The position numbers and the translations under genes are program-made. The notes below the pieces were generated by a model. It made no database searches, was not told the origin of the DNA, and was given only the letters and a program-made list of their open reading frames with translations. DNA of 63,976 bases, counting the filler, from Octopus bimaculoides (Eukaryota), in NCBI RefSeq assembly GCF_001194135.2. It is 8 parts of 7 records of this genome, joined end to end, with 100 filler letters (N's around TTAATTAATTAA, not from the genome) between each part and the next. Parts side by side here need not be neighbours in the genome. Positions count along the whole stretch, not along the records: positions 30,136 to 40,556 come from NW_026405049.1; positions 40,657 to 42,326 come from NC_068987.1; positions 42,427 to 43,764 come from NW_026397557.1; positions 43,865 to 56,242 come from NC_068981.1; 4 more parts are not named here. One strand, written 5' to 3'. Below, in pieces: positions 36,931-48,527 of this stretch; the stretch's first letter is position 1, and each line of letters begins with the position of its first letter.

Positions 36931-37264
36931 GGGACAGCAGCATTTGGCAGAACTCATAAACATACCTTCAACCTGCATACACAACACCATCATTGTTTAT
37001 GTGCTACGTAATCACTACATTACATAGGAGATTAACCCTAAGTAGGGATGGGGGAAAATTAAGCCTTTGGAGGTGTTCATGAGAGAGACATCCAATAGAG
37101 GTGAGAGGATAGAGACTTCCAGTACAGGTGGTGGGATGGGAATGGTAGGCGAACCGCGAAATAGCAAAAACTCCGGCTGCTGGTATAAGAGAATATTGAT
37201 GATGAGATAGAATTGGGCATTTGAATTCTTAACTAGAGCTATAACCAAGTGTTTTCGGTCAGCC

Positions 37265-37575
37265 AAACTGGACTTATTCTTTGTAAGCCTAGTACTTATT
37301 CTATCGGTCTCTTTTGACGAACCGCTCAGTTACGGGGACGTAAACACACCATCGGTTGTCAAACGATGCTGGAGGACAAAAACAGACACACAAACATATA
37401 CACATACACATATACATATATACAACGGGCTTCTTTCAGTTTTCCGTCTACCAAATCTACTCACAAGGCTTTAGTCGGCCCGAGGCTATAGTAGAAGACA
37501 CTTGCTCAAGGTGCCACGCAGTGGGAATGAACCCGGAACCATGTGGTTAGGTAAGCAAGCTACTTACCACACAGC
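37265..37575 (-). mobile_element. SINE family B copy
   Basis: Reverse complement of the family-B head and body. Confidence 0.8.
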
Positions 37576-37816
37576 CACACACATTCACATATATATGCAT
37601 ATAATTCTGTTCCTTTTTGATTTTGATTTATTGATTTGCACACCTATAAATTTAAGTGAATGTGTACTTAATTTATTGAATAAATATTTTTAACTATTAA
37701 TAACTTCTACTTATTACCTACCCTTATAATAAATTATAATTATATTTACTTCAATATTAATATGGTACTTATATATATGGTAAACAACTATTTATTATCT
37801 ATCTCTATAACGTCTT

Positions 37817-38205
37817 TTATTCTTTTATTTGTTTCAGTTATTTGATTGTGACCACGCTGGAGCACCGCCTTTTAGTCGAACAAATTTACCCCAGGACTTA
37901 GTCTTTGTATGCCTAGTACTTATTCTATCGGTCTCTTTTGCCGAACTGCTAAGTTACGGGGACGTAAACACACCAACATCGGTTGTCAAGCGATGTTGGG
38001 GGCAAACTCACACACGCACACAAACACACACACACACGCACACACATATTACGGGCTTCTTTCAGTTTCTGACTACCAAATCCACTCACAAGGCTTTGGT
38101 CAGCCTGAGGCTATAGTAGACACTTGCCCGAGGTGCCACACAGTAGATTTGTACCCGGGACCATGTGGTTGGTAGGCAAGCTACCTACCACACAGCCACT
38201 CCTGC
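37817..38205 (-). mobile_element. Full-length SINE family B copy
   Basis: Head GCAGGAGTGGCTGTGTGGTAGG through the TGAAACAAATAAAAAGAATAAAAGA tail, with internal (CA)n. Confidence 0.85.
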
Positions 38206-38355
38206 ACCTGACATGATGCATATTTACTTTCTTTCTAAATTTACAATCTGTGCCCCATTAAAAGGTTTATACCAAATTTACCCACATAACAATACTCAGT
38301 TTGCTGTAATGTTCCATATGCTTAACACCTAATAACATAACAGTATAATTTTTTT

Positions 38356-38443
38356 ATGCTTCTGACGAGATTCTGCTTTATAAAATGATCTAATTATCAT
38401 AATTATAATCTATAAAGTACGAATCGAAACAGCTGTAAGATAT
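38356..38443 (+). ncRNA. Type-I hammerhead ribozyme motif (HHR1)
   Basis: CUGACGA at 38362-68; 14-bp stem II GAUUC-UGCUUUAUA/UAUAAAGUA-c-GAAUC; GAAA; stem III palindrome ACAGCUGU; GUA cleavage triplet (after 38437); weak stem I. Confidence 0.65.
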
Positions 38444-38631
38444 TATGTTTATTTTTGCAGTTGATAAATATACTTATTAATTGATTTGTCTCCATTTTCT
38501 TTAGTTTTCTTGCTTATATAGTTAAATAAATATGTCCTTTGAAAACAGAAGTATACTGGATGTCAATTAAGTGATCTAGTATGAAATATGTCTAAAATCT
38601 TACAAGATATTCAGAGATTCAGGAGAGTGAT

Positions 38632-38984
38632 TATATATTAGAGAGTAAAATAATGGAATAGCAATACCTTAAAAATCATAAGGATAAGTATATATTAGCA
38701 ATATTGTATTAATAGATAAATAAAGTACAGCTATGATTATTAAAAGGTTTTAAAATGATTCTCTGATGAGTGGATATACTTCCCAACGATGCTTATCAAC
38801 TTTAGATTTCATTCTAAGTGGAAGTATATTCACGAAACGATCGTAAGAAATTTGAAACATTTAAAAAAATTTAATAAGCATAGCTGTACATTTTTGTCTA
38901 TTAATGCAATATTGCTATTATTATATACTTATCCCTATGATTTTTAAGATATAATTATTCCACAATTTTACTCTCTAATATATA
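38632..38984. mobile_element. Fold-back / MITE-like unit with ~127-bp inverted arms and TA-rich ends
   Basis: 38632-38757 is roughly 85% identical by eye to the reverse complement of 38858-38984. Confidence 0.75.
38759..38849 (+). ncRNA. Type-I hammerhead ribozyme motif with intact core (HHR2)
   Basis: UUCU-CUGAUGA-GUGGAUAUACUUCC...GGAAGUAUAUUCAC-GAA-ACGAUCGU-A-AGAA. Stem I is 4 bp, stem II is 14 bp with one G:U, stem III is palindromic, and the GUA site is after 38845. Confidence 0.8.
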
Positions 38985-39184
38985 TATATATAAGTCAGTA
39001 AATAGAGGGGTTGTGTTCACCGCACGTGGAGAAATAATAGGAAAATGAAAAATAATAATAAGGCAGAATGCTAAACGGAAAGCATATTTTAATATAGATG
39101 TGTAAAAACAATTTCTAATCGGCTCTTATTGCATGAAAAATTTTCAAGAAGAGGGAAGATGAAAATGTTGTAGAGGGTTTTCCA

Positions 39185-40556
39185 AAAATGAAAACTATCT
39201 AAAAGTGTGAAAAACAACTGGAAATCACGAAATTCACATTTTCATGTTTTGTTGGTTTTGCATGGTTATTTGCCAAATTTTGTGAGTTTGAGTTTTGTGA
39301 AAATGTTTGTGACTTCGGTGAACTCTTTGATAAATATAATGTTTTCATCAACCATCTANNNNNNNNNNNNNNNNNNNNNNNNNNNNNNNNNNNNNNNNNN
39401 NNNNNNNNNNNNNNNNNNNNNNNNNNNNNNNNNNNNNNNNNNNNNNNNNNNNNNNNNNNNNNNNNNNNNNNNNNNNNNNNNNNNNNNNNNNNNNNNNNNN
39501 NNNNNNNNNNNNNNNNNNNNNNNNNNNNNNNNNNNNNNNNNNNNNNNNNNNNNNNNNNNNNNNNNNNNNNNNNNNNNNNNNNNNNNNNNNNNNNTATAAT
39601 GTTTTCATCAACCATCTAAGCTATATTAACCCACTAGACTTCAAAATGAATAGTGGATTTTGCAAAAGTGAAGACTATCTAAAAGTGTCAAAAAACGACT
39701 GAAAATCACGAAATTAGCATTCTCAAGTTTTCTTGGTTTTTCATGGCTATTAACAAAATTTTTTGAGTTTGAGTTTTGTGAAAATGTTTGTGACTTCGGT
39801 GAACTCTTTGATAAATATAATGTTTTCATCAACCATCTAAGCTATATTAACCCACTAGACTTCAAAATGAATAGTGGATTTTGCAAAAGTGAAGACTATC
39901 TAAAAGTGTCAAAAAACGACTGGAAATCACAAAATTTGCATTTTCAAGTTTTCTTGGTTTTTCATGGTTATTTTCAAAATTTTGTGAGTTTGAGTTTTGT
40001 GAAATTGTTTGTGACTTCGGTGAACTCTTAGATAAATATAATGTTTTCATCAACCATCTAAGCTATATTAATCCACTAGACTTCAAAATGAACAGTGGAT
40101 TTTGAAAAAAAGAAAAATAACTAAAAGTGTCAATAAACGACTGGAAATCACGAAATTCGCATTTTCAAGTATTGCTGGTTTTTCATGGTAATTTGCAAAG
40201 TTTTGTGAGATTCAGTTTTGTGAAAATGGTTGTGACTTCGGTGAACCCTTTGATAAATATAATGTTTTCATCAACCATCTAGACTATATTAACCCACTAG
40301 ATATCAAAATGAATAGTGGTTTTGCAAACATAAAAACTATCTAATAGTGCCAAAAAAAAACTGGAAATCACAAAATTCGCATTTTCAAGTTTTGTTGGTT
40401 TTTCATGGTTATTTTCAAAATTTTGTGAGTTTGATTTTTGTGAAAATGGTTGTGACTTCGGTGAACTCTTTGATAAATATCAAACCATCTAGCATGTATT
40501 AACAGAATAGACTTCAAAATGAATAGTGGTCTTTGCAAATATGAGAACTATCTAAA
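39185..40556. repeat. 221-bp tandem satellite, at least 6 units, ending at a gap
   Basis: ACCATCTA recurs at 39611, 39832, 40053 and 40274 (221-bp period) and at 40484 (11-bp deletion). Confidence 0.95.
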
Positions 40557-40814
40557 NNNNNNNNNNNNNNNNNNNNNNNNNNNNNNNNNNNNNNNNNNNN
40601 TTAATTAATTAANNNNNNNNNNNNNNNNNNNNNNNNNNNNNNNNNNNNNNNNNNNNTCTCTATCTCAGGCCCCTCTCTCTATCTCAGGCCCCCCTCTCTC
40701 TACTCATGTCCTTCTTTTTATCTCTCTTTATCTCTATTCCACCTCTCACAAATTTCTATCTTTTTCACTCACTACCTCTCTGAATTCACGTCTCTCTTAA
40801 TCTATCTCTCTTTC

Positions 40815-41030
40815 AAGGCGGCGAGCTGGCAGAAACGTTAGCACGCCGGGCAAAATGCTTAGCGGTATTTCATCTGCCGTTACGTTCTGAGTTCAAATTT
40901 CGCCGAGGTCGACTTTGCCTTTCATCCTTTCAGGGACGATAAATCAACTACCTGTTGCGTACTGATGTGGATCTGATCGACTGGCCCCCTCCTCATAAAT
41001 TTCGGGCCTTGTGCTTAGAGTAGAAAAAAA
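40815..41030 (+). mobile_element. Full-length SINE family A copy
   Basis: Complete head, core and tail. Confidence 0.9.
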
Positions 41031-41131
41031 TCTCTCTTTCTCAACCACCCTCGTTATTTCTTTCTCACACTCTATATCTCGCTATACCTCTCTCTCTATT
41101 TCCCTCTCTCTATTTCTCTCTCTATATATAT

Positions 41132-41162
<31 letters not shown>

Positions 41163-41824
41163 TGTCTCTTTAATATCCAAACAGAGCCTCCATCAGTCAA
41201 CACTGATCGGTTATCGCCACGCGCATGGGCAAGGCCTGGCTGAGATTTGTTTTAGGAAGCTTGGCAGCCACCTGTGCATTTTAAACTCCTCTCTTTATGC
41301 CATCGATGAAAGGGAAAAACCTTAACTTGGAGCCGATACATTGCTGGTGGTGGCACACGCAAAGGACCGTAAAAGAAACCCCAGAGCATTTTGCCTGACC
41401 TTCTCACAATGTGACCAAACCACTATGCTAGATTGGTATTTTTTATATTGACCCCTAAAAGATAAAAAGCACCGATGAGCTCATCGGAATTTGAACTTGA
41501 AGTGCACATGCAGCCTATCCAACGCACTAACGACAGTACCAGTTCGCTGCCTTTACGCACACGCGTACGCGAATGCACACACGCGTGCGCGCGTACACAC
41601 ACATGCACACACTCTCACATACACACACACACACTCACTCACTCACACACACACACACACATACATACAACATACGTATTTGCTTTATCAGAGCTGACCT
41701 AGTGCTACTTAACATACAACAACATAAGGGGAAAAAATGACAGTTAAATACGATAGTACTTATCTTGACTACTACAACATGAACAATACAATTGTTAAAG
41801 GATTTAATAATAATAATAATAATG

Positions 41825-41859
<35 letters not shown>

Positions 41860-41861
41860 TT

Positions 41862-42010
41862 CATTTATTTGCCACAAGGGCGAAGGATGAGGGAGGGGGG
41901 AACAATACAAAGACAGTCATAAAGTGTAGGGGTTTCCATATAATGGAATGATAAAAAAATGAGTGAAAGCAAGTATACACGGTATATACTAAAAAATGTT
42001 AGAGAGTTGT
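41862..42010 (-). mobile_element. L1/Tx1-like 3' UTR remnant ending in (ATT)n
   Basis: The reverse strand ends CCCTTGTGGCAAATAAATGAAATTATTATT. Confidence 0.45.
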
Positions 42011-42011
42011 T

Positions 42012-42326
42012 GGCACTCCGTCGCTTACGACGTCGAGGGTTCCAGTTGAACCGATCAACGGAACAGCCGGCTCGTGAAATTAACGTGCAAATGGCTGAGA
42101 ACTCCACAGACACGTGTACCCTTAACGCAGTTCTCGGGGATATTCAGCGTGACACAGTGTGACAAGGCTGACCCTTTGAATTACAGGCACAACAGAAACA
42201 GGAAGAAAGAGTGAGAGACAGTTGTGGTGAAAGAGTACAGCAGGGTTCGCCACCATCCCCTGCCGGAGCCTCGTGGAGCTTTAGGTGTTTTCGCTCAATA
42301 AACACACACAACGCCCGGTCTGGGAA
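42012..42326 (-). mobile_element. SINE family C copy (5' end in gap)
   Basis: Reverse complement of 56374-56756. Confidence 0.85.
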
Positions 42327-42479
42327 NNNNNNNNNNNNNNNNNNNNNNNNNNNNNNNNNNNNNNNNNNNNTTAATTAATTAANNNNNNNNNNNNNNNNNN
42401 NNNNNNNNNNNNNNNNNNNNNNNNNNGTACAAATGCAAGACAAAAGTCAAACATAAAATAATAATAATAATAATGATAC

Positions 42480-42900
42480 GTCCAAATAAAATATAACGAT
42501 TCTTTGGGACTTTCCAGTATGTACAGACTAAGAACTCAGAACGTAAAAATAATAATAGCTCAGATACCAGGAAACCCCCTAAGCTAATAAACCAGATATT
42601 GTAGTGAAAGACTAAAACAACCGAAACCGTTTATTGATTGACTTGAGCATACCCTGTAATCATACTATCTAGGTAAAAGAATTTGACAAGCTGAGAAAAT
42701 AAAAATGTTTGCTAATAGAAATCGAAAAGATGTGCTATCTCAAGACGGTTACAATACCAGTGATTGTAGGAGCACTTAGAATGATAAAAAAAGGAACTGA
42801 AAATTATTTGCAGGAATTGCAAAAGGTTGTCTTAACTGGTACGTCACACGTACTGAGAAGAGCATTGTCTCTGTGAATTTTGCTTCCATTTTCTCTCATC
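42480..42900 (+). mobile_element. R4/Dong-type LINE RLE endonuclease 3' end
   Basis: ILWDF..TD..ANKPDIVVKD..LLIDLSIP..VKEFDKLRK..KTVTIPVIVGAL..ELQKVVLTGTSHVLRRALSL*. Confidence 0.8.
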
Positions 42901-43084
42901 TACTTTGCTTACCTTTTTTCACTTTTTCTATTTTCCTTCTTCCCTCTGCCTTTCTTTCCCTTATTCTGTATCACAGGACTCTGTAAATGAACAATATAAT
43001 GTGTTTATTTTAATGGTTTACCAATGTATACAATGAGTTCCTCTGCCCTAGTTGTCACGAAGACACTTAGCAAGAAATGGAAAC

Positions 43085-43110
43085 AGAATTGAAAGATGAT
43101 GATGATGATG

Positions 43111-43165
<55 letters not shown>

Positions 43166-43166
43166 C

Positions 43167-43220
<54 letters not shown>
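43085..43220. repeat. (GAT)n/(AAT)n microsatellite
   Basis: Direct inspection. Confidence 0.95.
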
Positions 43221-43222
<2 letters not shown>

Positions 43223-43333
43223 CACAGCAAACCACAGCACATACCCAAGGCGCACAGAGCTGCGCTCGGTAGTGAAGTGAAAGCACGTTATAAAAATAAA
43301 ACTACTGAATAATAATAATAATAATAATAATAA

Positions 43334-43473
43334 TCTTCTCTACTCTAGGCACAATGCCAACAATTTTGAGGGAGGGGGCTAGTCGATCAGATTGACCCCA
43401 GTACGAAACTGGTACTTAATTTATCGACCCCGAAAGGATGAAAGGCAAAGTCGACCTCGGCGGAATTTGAACT
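43334..43473 (-). mobile_element. 3' part of SINE family A
   Basis: Reverse-complement core and tail. Confidence 0.85.
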
Positions 43474-43484
43474 CAGAACGTAAA

Positions 43485-43764
43485 AATAATAATAGCTCAG
43501 ATACCAGGAAACCCCCTAATGGCAGAAGTTCAAAAGATAGTGCTCATATAAACTGCCCATATCCGACGTAAAATACTGTGTATGTAATCTCAAATTTTAA
43601 AACAATCTTACAATTTTCTTGTTTTCTTAAACATTCTCTAGAACAATACTTTATGCAAAACCAAATATATGGCACTCTAGGCATAACACCAATTTGAACT
43701 TCTAACATGTTGTTCCTTGAGGTCTCTGGGTGAGACTTGGAGTCAACTTATACAAATACAAAGC
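43485..43764 (+). mobile_element. R4/Dong-type LINE extreme 3' end and UTR
   Basis: AQIPGNP..AEVQKIVLI.TAHIRRKILCM*, then UTR running into a gap. Confidence 0.65.
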
Positions 43765-44149
43765 NNNNNNNNNNNNNNNNNNNNNNNNNNNNNNNNNNNN
43801 NNNNNNNNTTAATTAATTAANNNNNNNNNNNNNNNNNNNNNNNNNNNNNNNNNNNNNNNNNNNNATTATTATATTATTATTATTATTATTACTATTATTA
43901 ATCAGGTCGCTGCCGTGAATCGAACTCTTAACCACTACGCCATATGCCCGTGGGCAATTATGGGGTGAATTTTAAGGCTTATAAATCTATTATTTTTCTA
44001 TCCTTCCTCAATACCGGTTCCCATATGCTATTCATATCTGCACTCGGTCTGCTTAGGAGGTTGTTGTGTCCTAGCATATGTGCTGCTTCTTTTAGTTTTC
44101 GTATTTTCCAGTGTTGTTCCCTGTCTATTATTTTAACTTCATCCCACAG

Positions 44150-44290
44150 TTTCAGAGGGGGGACATAAGTCGATTACATCGAACCCAATACTAAACAGGT
44201 ATTTATTTTATCGACTCCGAGAAGAATAAAGGCAAAGTCGACCTCGGCGGAATTTGAAATAAGAATGTTAAGGTGGACAAAATACAAACC
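44150..44290 (-). mobile_element. SINE family A copy
   Basis: AAAGGCAAAGTCGACCTCGGCGGAATTTGAA. Confidence 0.7.
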
Positions 44291-45914
44291 ACCAGCCCTC
44301 CGTTCATTAGTTAAAGATTCTGTCGACTCCACTAGGTTCGTGTCACTATTATAACGATAACATAGAAGCAGTTAGGAGTCGTTGCTATGTAGCAAGACTA
44401 AGGGAACGAAGAGAACTAAGAATATCAAATTGATAATAGTAGATGTTCATATTGAATTAGGAAGTATTTGAGGAGCGGAGCATATGGTAGCATTGGTAAA
44501 AGAGCACATGAAAAATAAGAAAAAGTTAAGCGCAAATTTCGCATTTGTTATCAGAAAGCAATGAATTTTGATAGTTTAAGACACATAAAAGTTGGTAATC
44601 GTTTGTTCGTTAGCAGCAGTCTATGTCAGTTTTGGTTTAATGTTAACAGTAAGTAGACACATTTCGGATTGTAGATTATTATTGGCTGTTGGCCAACATC
44701 AATGTTAAATTGTGTTTACGTTTCGTTAGCAATAGTACAAACCAATACTATCACTTCAACACATTCGAATATTGCCTGGTTATGTTGAGGTTAGCGTTTG
44801 ACTCTCCGTTAGAAACAGCAGAAATTAGTGTTGTTTGTTCGTTAGCAACAATGCGAATCACATTTAGTTTTCACTTAGCATTGACGTAAACTAGAATTAG
44901 TTAGTCGGTTCTCCAAGCGTTGCGAATTAACTTCGGTTGGCGGTAAGTTAAGAATTTAAATTTTAGTCGTCCGCAGTTTTGATTCCCTTGTTGCTTAGCG
45001 ACATTCTGATTTATCATCATTCGTTGTCGATTAGCGACAACACAAAGTAGCTTCGGTTTTGTACAGACGGTTAGTAAAGTCTAAACAGAGTTTACATTAC
45101 TTAAAATGTTATTGCCTTTGGCTGGTAGATACTTCTGTCTTTATAACACTATAGATCTATCAACTGTAAACACTACTAGCCTTCTGCCGCCATGCTATCA
45201 TCAGGAACACAATGTTGAATGCCAGAACACCGTATTAATAGAAGACTTTTAGACTTACTGAACATGAGAAAAAACGAAAAAAAAAAAAAAAAAAAAAAAA
45301 GAAATGGAAGCGACAAAGTATCATATACAAAAAAAAAAACAATATGAATATTAAACAACAATGATTTCATTTTTCTATTCGGCATTCTCTTTAAAATTAC
45401 AACGTCCTTGACAGTGCATGGACTATGTGAAAGTAACAACTACGTATACAGACAAATAAGTTGATACACACACGTACATACGCACACACAGGCACACACA
45501 AACACACACACACAACACACACAGCACACTAACATACAAAGCATACAAGACCATATATAGCACAATACATCTATCTCTTTACGAAACCTTTCTACGGTTT
45601 TCAAAGTGTGCACATATGTCTAAAGCGATAAGCATCACCTGACAGTTAACATTCATTTTTCCCAGCAAGTTACAGCCAAACGAACGCCAATGAACTCTCG
45701 TTTTTCCTCTCTCTTTCTTACAATGAAATAAAAACTTTTCATGCTTTGCTATCTTTGTTTGTATAGCGCAAAATGTTTCAAGAGGGGCCTTCTGGAAACT
45801 GTCTGTCACCTGAACTTCTGACTTCAGTCACTTATCCACCACACTCATCAACACTCGTCTACAACAGTTCACTCACACATTTCACTGACGTTCTTGTTGT
45901 ATTGCTATTTGCAC

Positions 45915-45948
45915 CACCACCACCGCCACTACCACCACCACCACCACC

Positions 45949-45989
<41 letters not shown>

Positions 45990-46223
45990 AACTACCACCA
46001 CCACCACCACCTCCACCACCAGCACCACCACCNNNNNNNNNNNNNNNNNNNNNNNNNNNNNNNNNNNNNNNNNNNNNNNNNNNNNNNNNNNNNNNNNNNN
46101 NNNNNNNNNNNNNNNNNNNNNNNNNNNNNNNNNNNNNNNNNNNNNNNNNNNNNNNNNNNNNNNNNNNNNNNNNNNNACCACCACCACCACCACCACCAGC
46201 ACCACCACCACCACCACCACCAG

Positions 46224-46272
<49 letters not shown>
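45915..46272. repeat. Compound (CAC)n/(TAC)n microsatellite with gap
   Basis: Explains the poly-P/L/G/S/H/Y ORFs. Confidence 0.95.
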
Positions 46273-46273
<1 letters not shown>

Positions 46274-46344
46274 GCAATAATGATGAAAAAAAACCAACGA
46301 GTTATATTTTTTACTCTCATTATTATTGTTGTAGCTGTTGTTCT

Positions 46345-46700
46345 TGCTGATACTGCTGTTGCTGTTGTTGCTGCTGTTGGAAGGCGGTGAACTTTTTGAT
46401 TCCGTTCTTCATGTGTCCTAATGCTTCTTCTATAACTACCAGTTTTTATTTCGGTCTTCATAATACAGGTCCTGTTAGATTTCTGTCTCTTCAGATCTTT
46501 TGTATCTGGCCAGCTTCTCTGTAGCTTTCACAGAAATTGTTTCTTTTGAAAGACAATGTAATGTCACTAAGTACATATCTGACTTTCCCCGTCTTTGATA
46601 ACAATGTCAGACAACATTGTTCTTAACGACCATGTTTGGTTTAATGTTCACACCACTTCTCTGATTGCTTTGTTTTCTTACTCCTCTATATTTTCCAGTG
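46345..46700 (-). mobile_element. Degenerate R4/Dong-type RLE fragment
   Basis: The reverse strand reads SDIVIKD..ISVKATEKLARYK..VVIEEALGHMKNGIKKF, with frameshifts. Confidence 0.55.
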
Positions 46701-46917
46701 CATACACGCCGCTGACTTGTAATGTCTGTGAATGGATTCGGTTTTTGCTAATTCCAGGCATCCAAAGACAATGTTGATAATGATTTACCTTATATTTACT
46801 ACAGATCCTGAATTGTGAATGTTATATCCTTGTTAATGCAGTAGTGATAGGATTTGGTTGCGAGAATCTTACGTTTTGCAGTAATTATCAGACCGACCAT
46901 CTTTTGTTTCCAGTCCA

Positions 46918-47203
46918 GGATGCAGGCATGGCTGTATCGTAAGTACTTATGTATACATATACAGCGTGTCTGTGTAGTAAGAAGCTTGCTTCCCAACCAC
47001 ATGATTCCGTGTTCAATCCCACTGTGTCGCATCTCGAGCAAGTGTCTTCTGCTATAACGCAGAGTCGACAAAAGCCTTGCGAGTGGATTTAGTAGACTGA
47101 AACTGAAAGAAGGCCGTCGTAAATACATACATACGTGAGTGTGTGTGTATATATATATATATATGTGTGCGTGTATGTGTGTGTCTGTATATATGTGTGT
47201 GTC

Positions 47204-47246
<43 letters not shown>

Positions 47247-47430
47247 CTCTATGCGTTTGTCACCCATCAGCGTTTTACAACTGGCGTTTATTTAAGTCTA
47301 ACTAACTAAGTGGTTCAGCAATAGTAACAGGTTTAAAGAAATAAATATTGGTGTCTATTTATTTGACTAAGCCCTTCAGGCGGTGACCCCTGCATGGCTG
47401 CAGTCCAATGATTGGAACAAGTAAAAGTTA
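46918..47430 (+). mobile_element. Full-length SINE family B copy with an insert in the head
   Basis: GCAGGCATGGCTG..GTAAGAAGCTTGCTTCCCAACCACATG..ACTGAAAGAAGGCCGTCG..GCATGGCTGCAGTC. Confidence 0.8.
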
Positions 47431-47661
47431 AGAGATACAATATATCAGTGAGTTTGGAGGGATATATAATCCAGGCGGATACCGAATTAGCTTTCAGTTA
47501 AGTTCCAGTTAACGGCTAAACACGATCGGTATGAAACGTTTGTGTCTACATTTAGTTGTTAGTCACTCGGTGAATTACAATTATAATATGCAGTATATAG
47601 CTATAAAATAAATTTTGTGGATGTACAAGTCTCCATACTCTTTATTATTATTATTATTAAT

Positions 47662-47717
<56 letters not shown>

Positions 47718-47933
47718 TGTACGCCTACATACATACATCCATGCACACTTACATATACACACACGCACAAAGAGAAACATGCAGGCACACACATACATAT
47801 GTAATTGTTTATGGAGCAATAGATCTCGGAGCATATAAAGCTATACATAATGACTCGTAAATATTGGATTGAAAAATCACCTAATGGGTGGAAAGGTCGA
47901 AGGCTGCCTTGAACTTTTTCTCCCGAAGAAAAG

Positions 47934-47964
<31 letters not shown>

Positions 47965-47974
<10 letters not shown>

Positions 47975-48115
47975 CGCAGAATAATGCTAATAATATAGCC
48001 TGAACAGGATAAACTACCCCTATTTTGCAGAAAAAAGTGTAGGTGGCTAGCTGTGGACTCGAACTCACAACCCCGTGATTACGCGTCACGATGCTTTGAC
48101 CGATTTAGCTTAATC
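47965..48115 (-). mobile_element. tRNA-Thr(CGT)-like pseudogene/SINE head plus family-F tail
   Basis: Anticodon arm CGTGA-CGCGTAA-TCACG (G at position 33), TTCGAGT T-loop and GCTAGCCA end; the 5' acceptor strand is degenerate. Confidence 0.55.
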
Positions 48116-48527
48116 AAAGTCAATGATTCAAGTAATCCGGTAGTACTCATAAAAAAAGCTCCTTTCTGTATCATTCTACAAAACAGAGAATGTCTAGTAC
48201 GTACGAAACGTGAGAAAGCGATAAGGAATGTATAAAGTCATAAATGACAGAGAAATAGTTTGATGAAAGTTTATTTAACAATAAAATATTCTAATATTGC
48301 GACAGTTGTTTCATAACTTAAAAACATTTAAGTATTGGGTTAAATGGCGAAGACGACCGCGGTGGAATTTGAAATCAGAACGTAAAGACGGACGAAATGC
48401 CGCAAAGTGTTACATCCTACATCTCTCCCATTCAACCGCCGGGCTAGATTACTGTGACGAGCCCACAAAACTTTAAGCTGCATACGGTTGAATCACACCG
48501 TTTTGAACAAAATCAATAAATGATTAC

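Noticed and set aside
48040-48115. Functional tRNA-Thr gene
   Set aside because: U33 is replaced by G, the T-stem has a deletion and the 5' acceptor strand does not pair; it carries a repeat-family tail.
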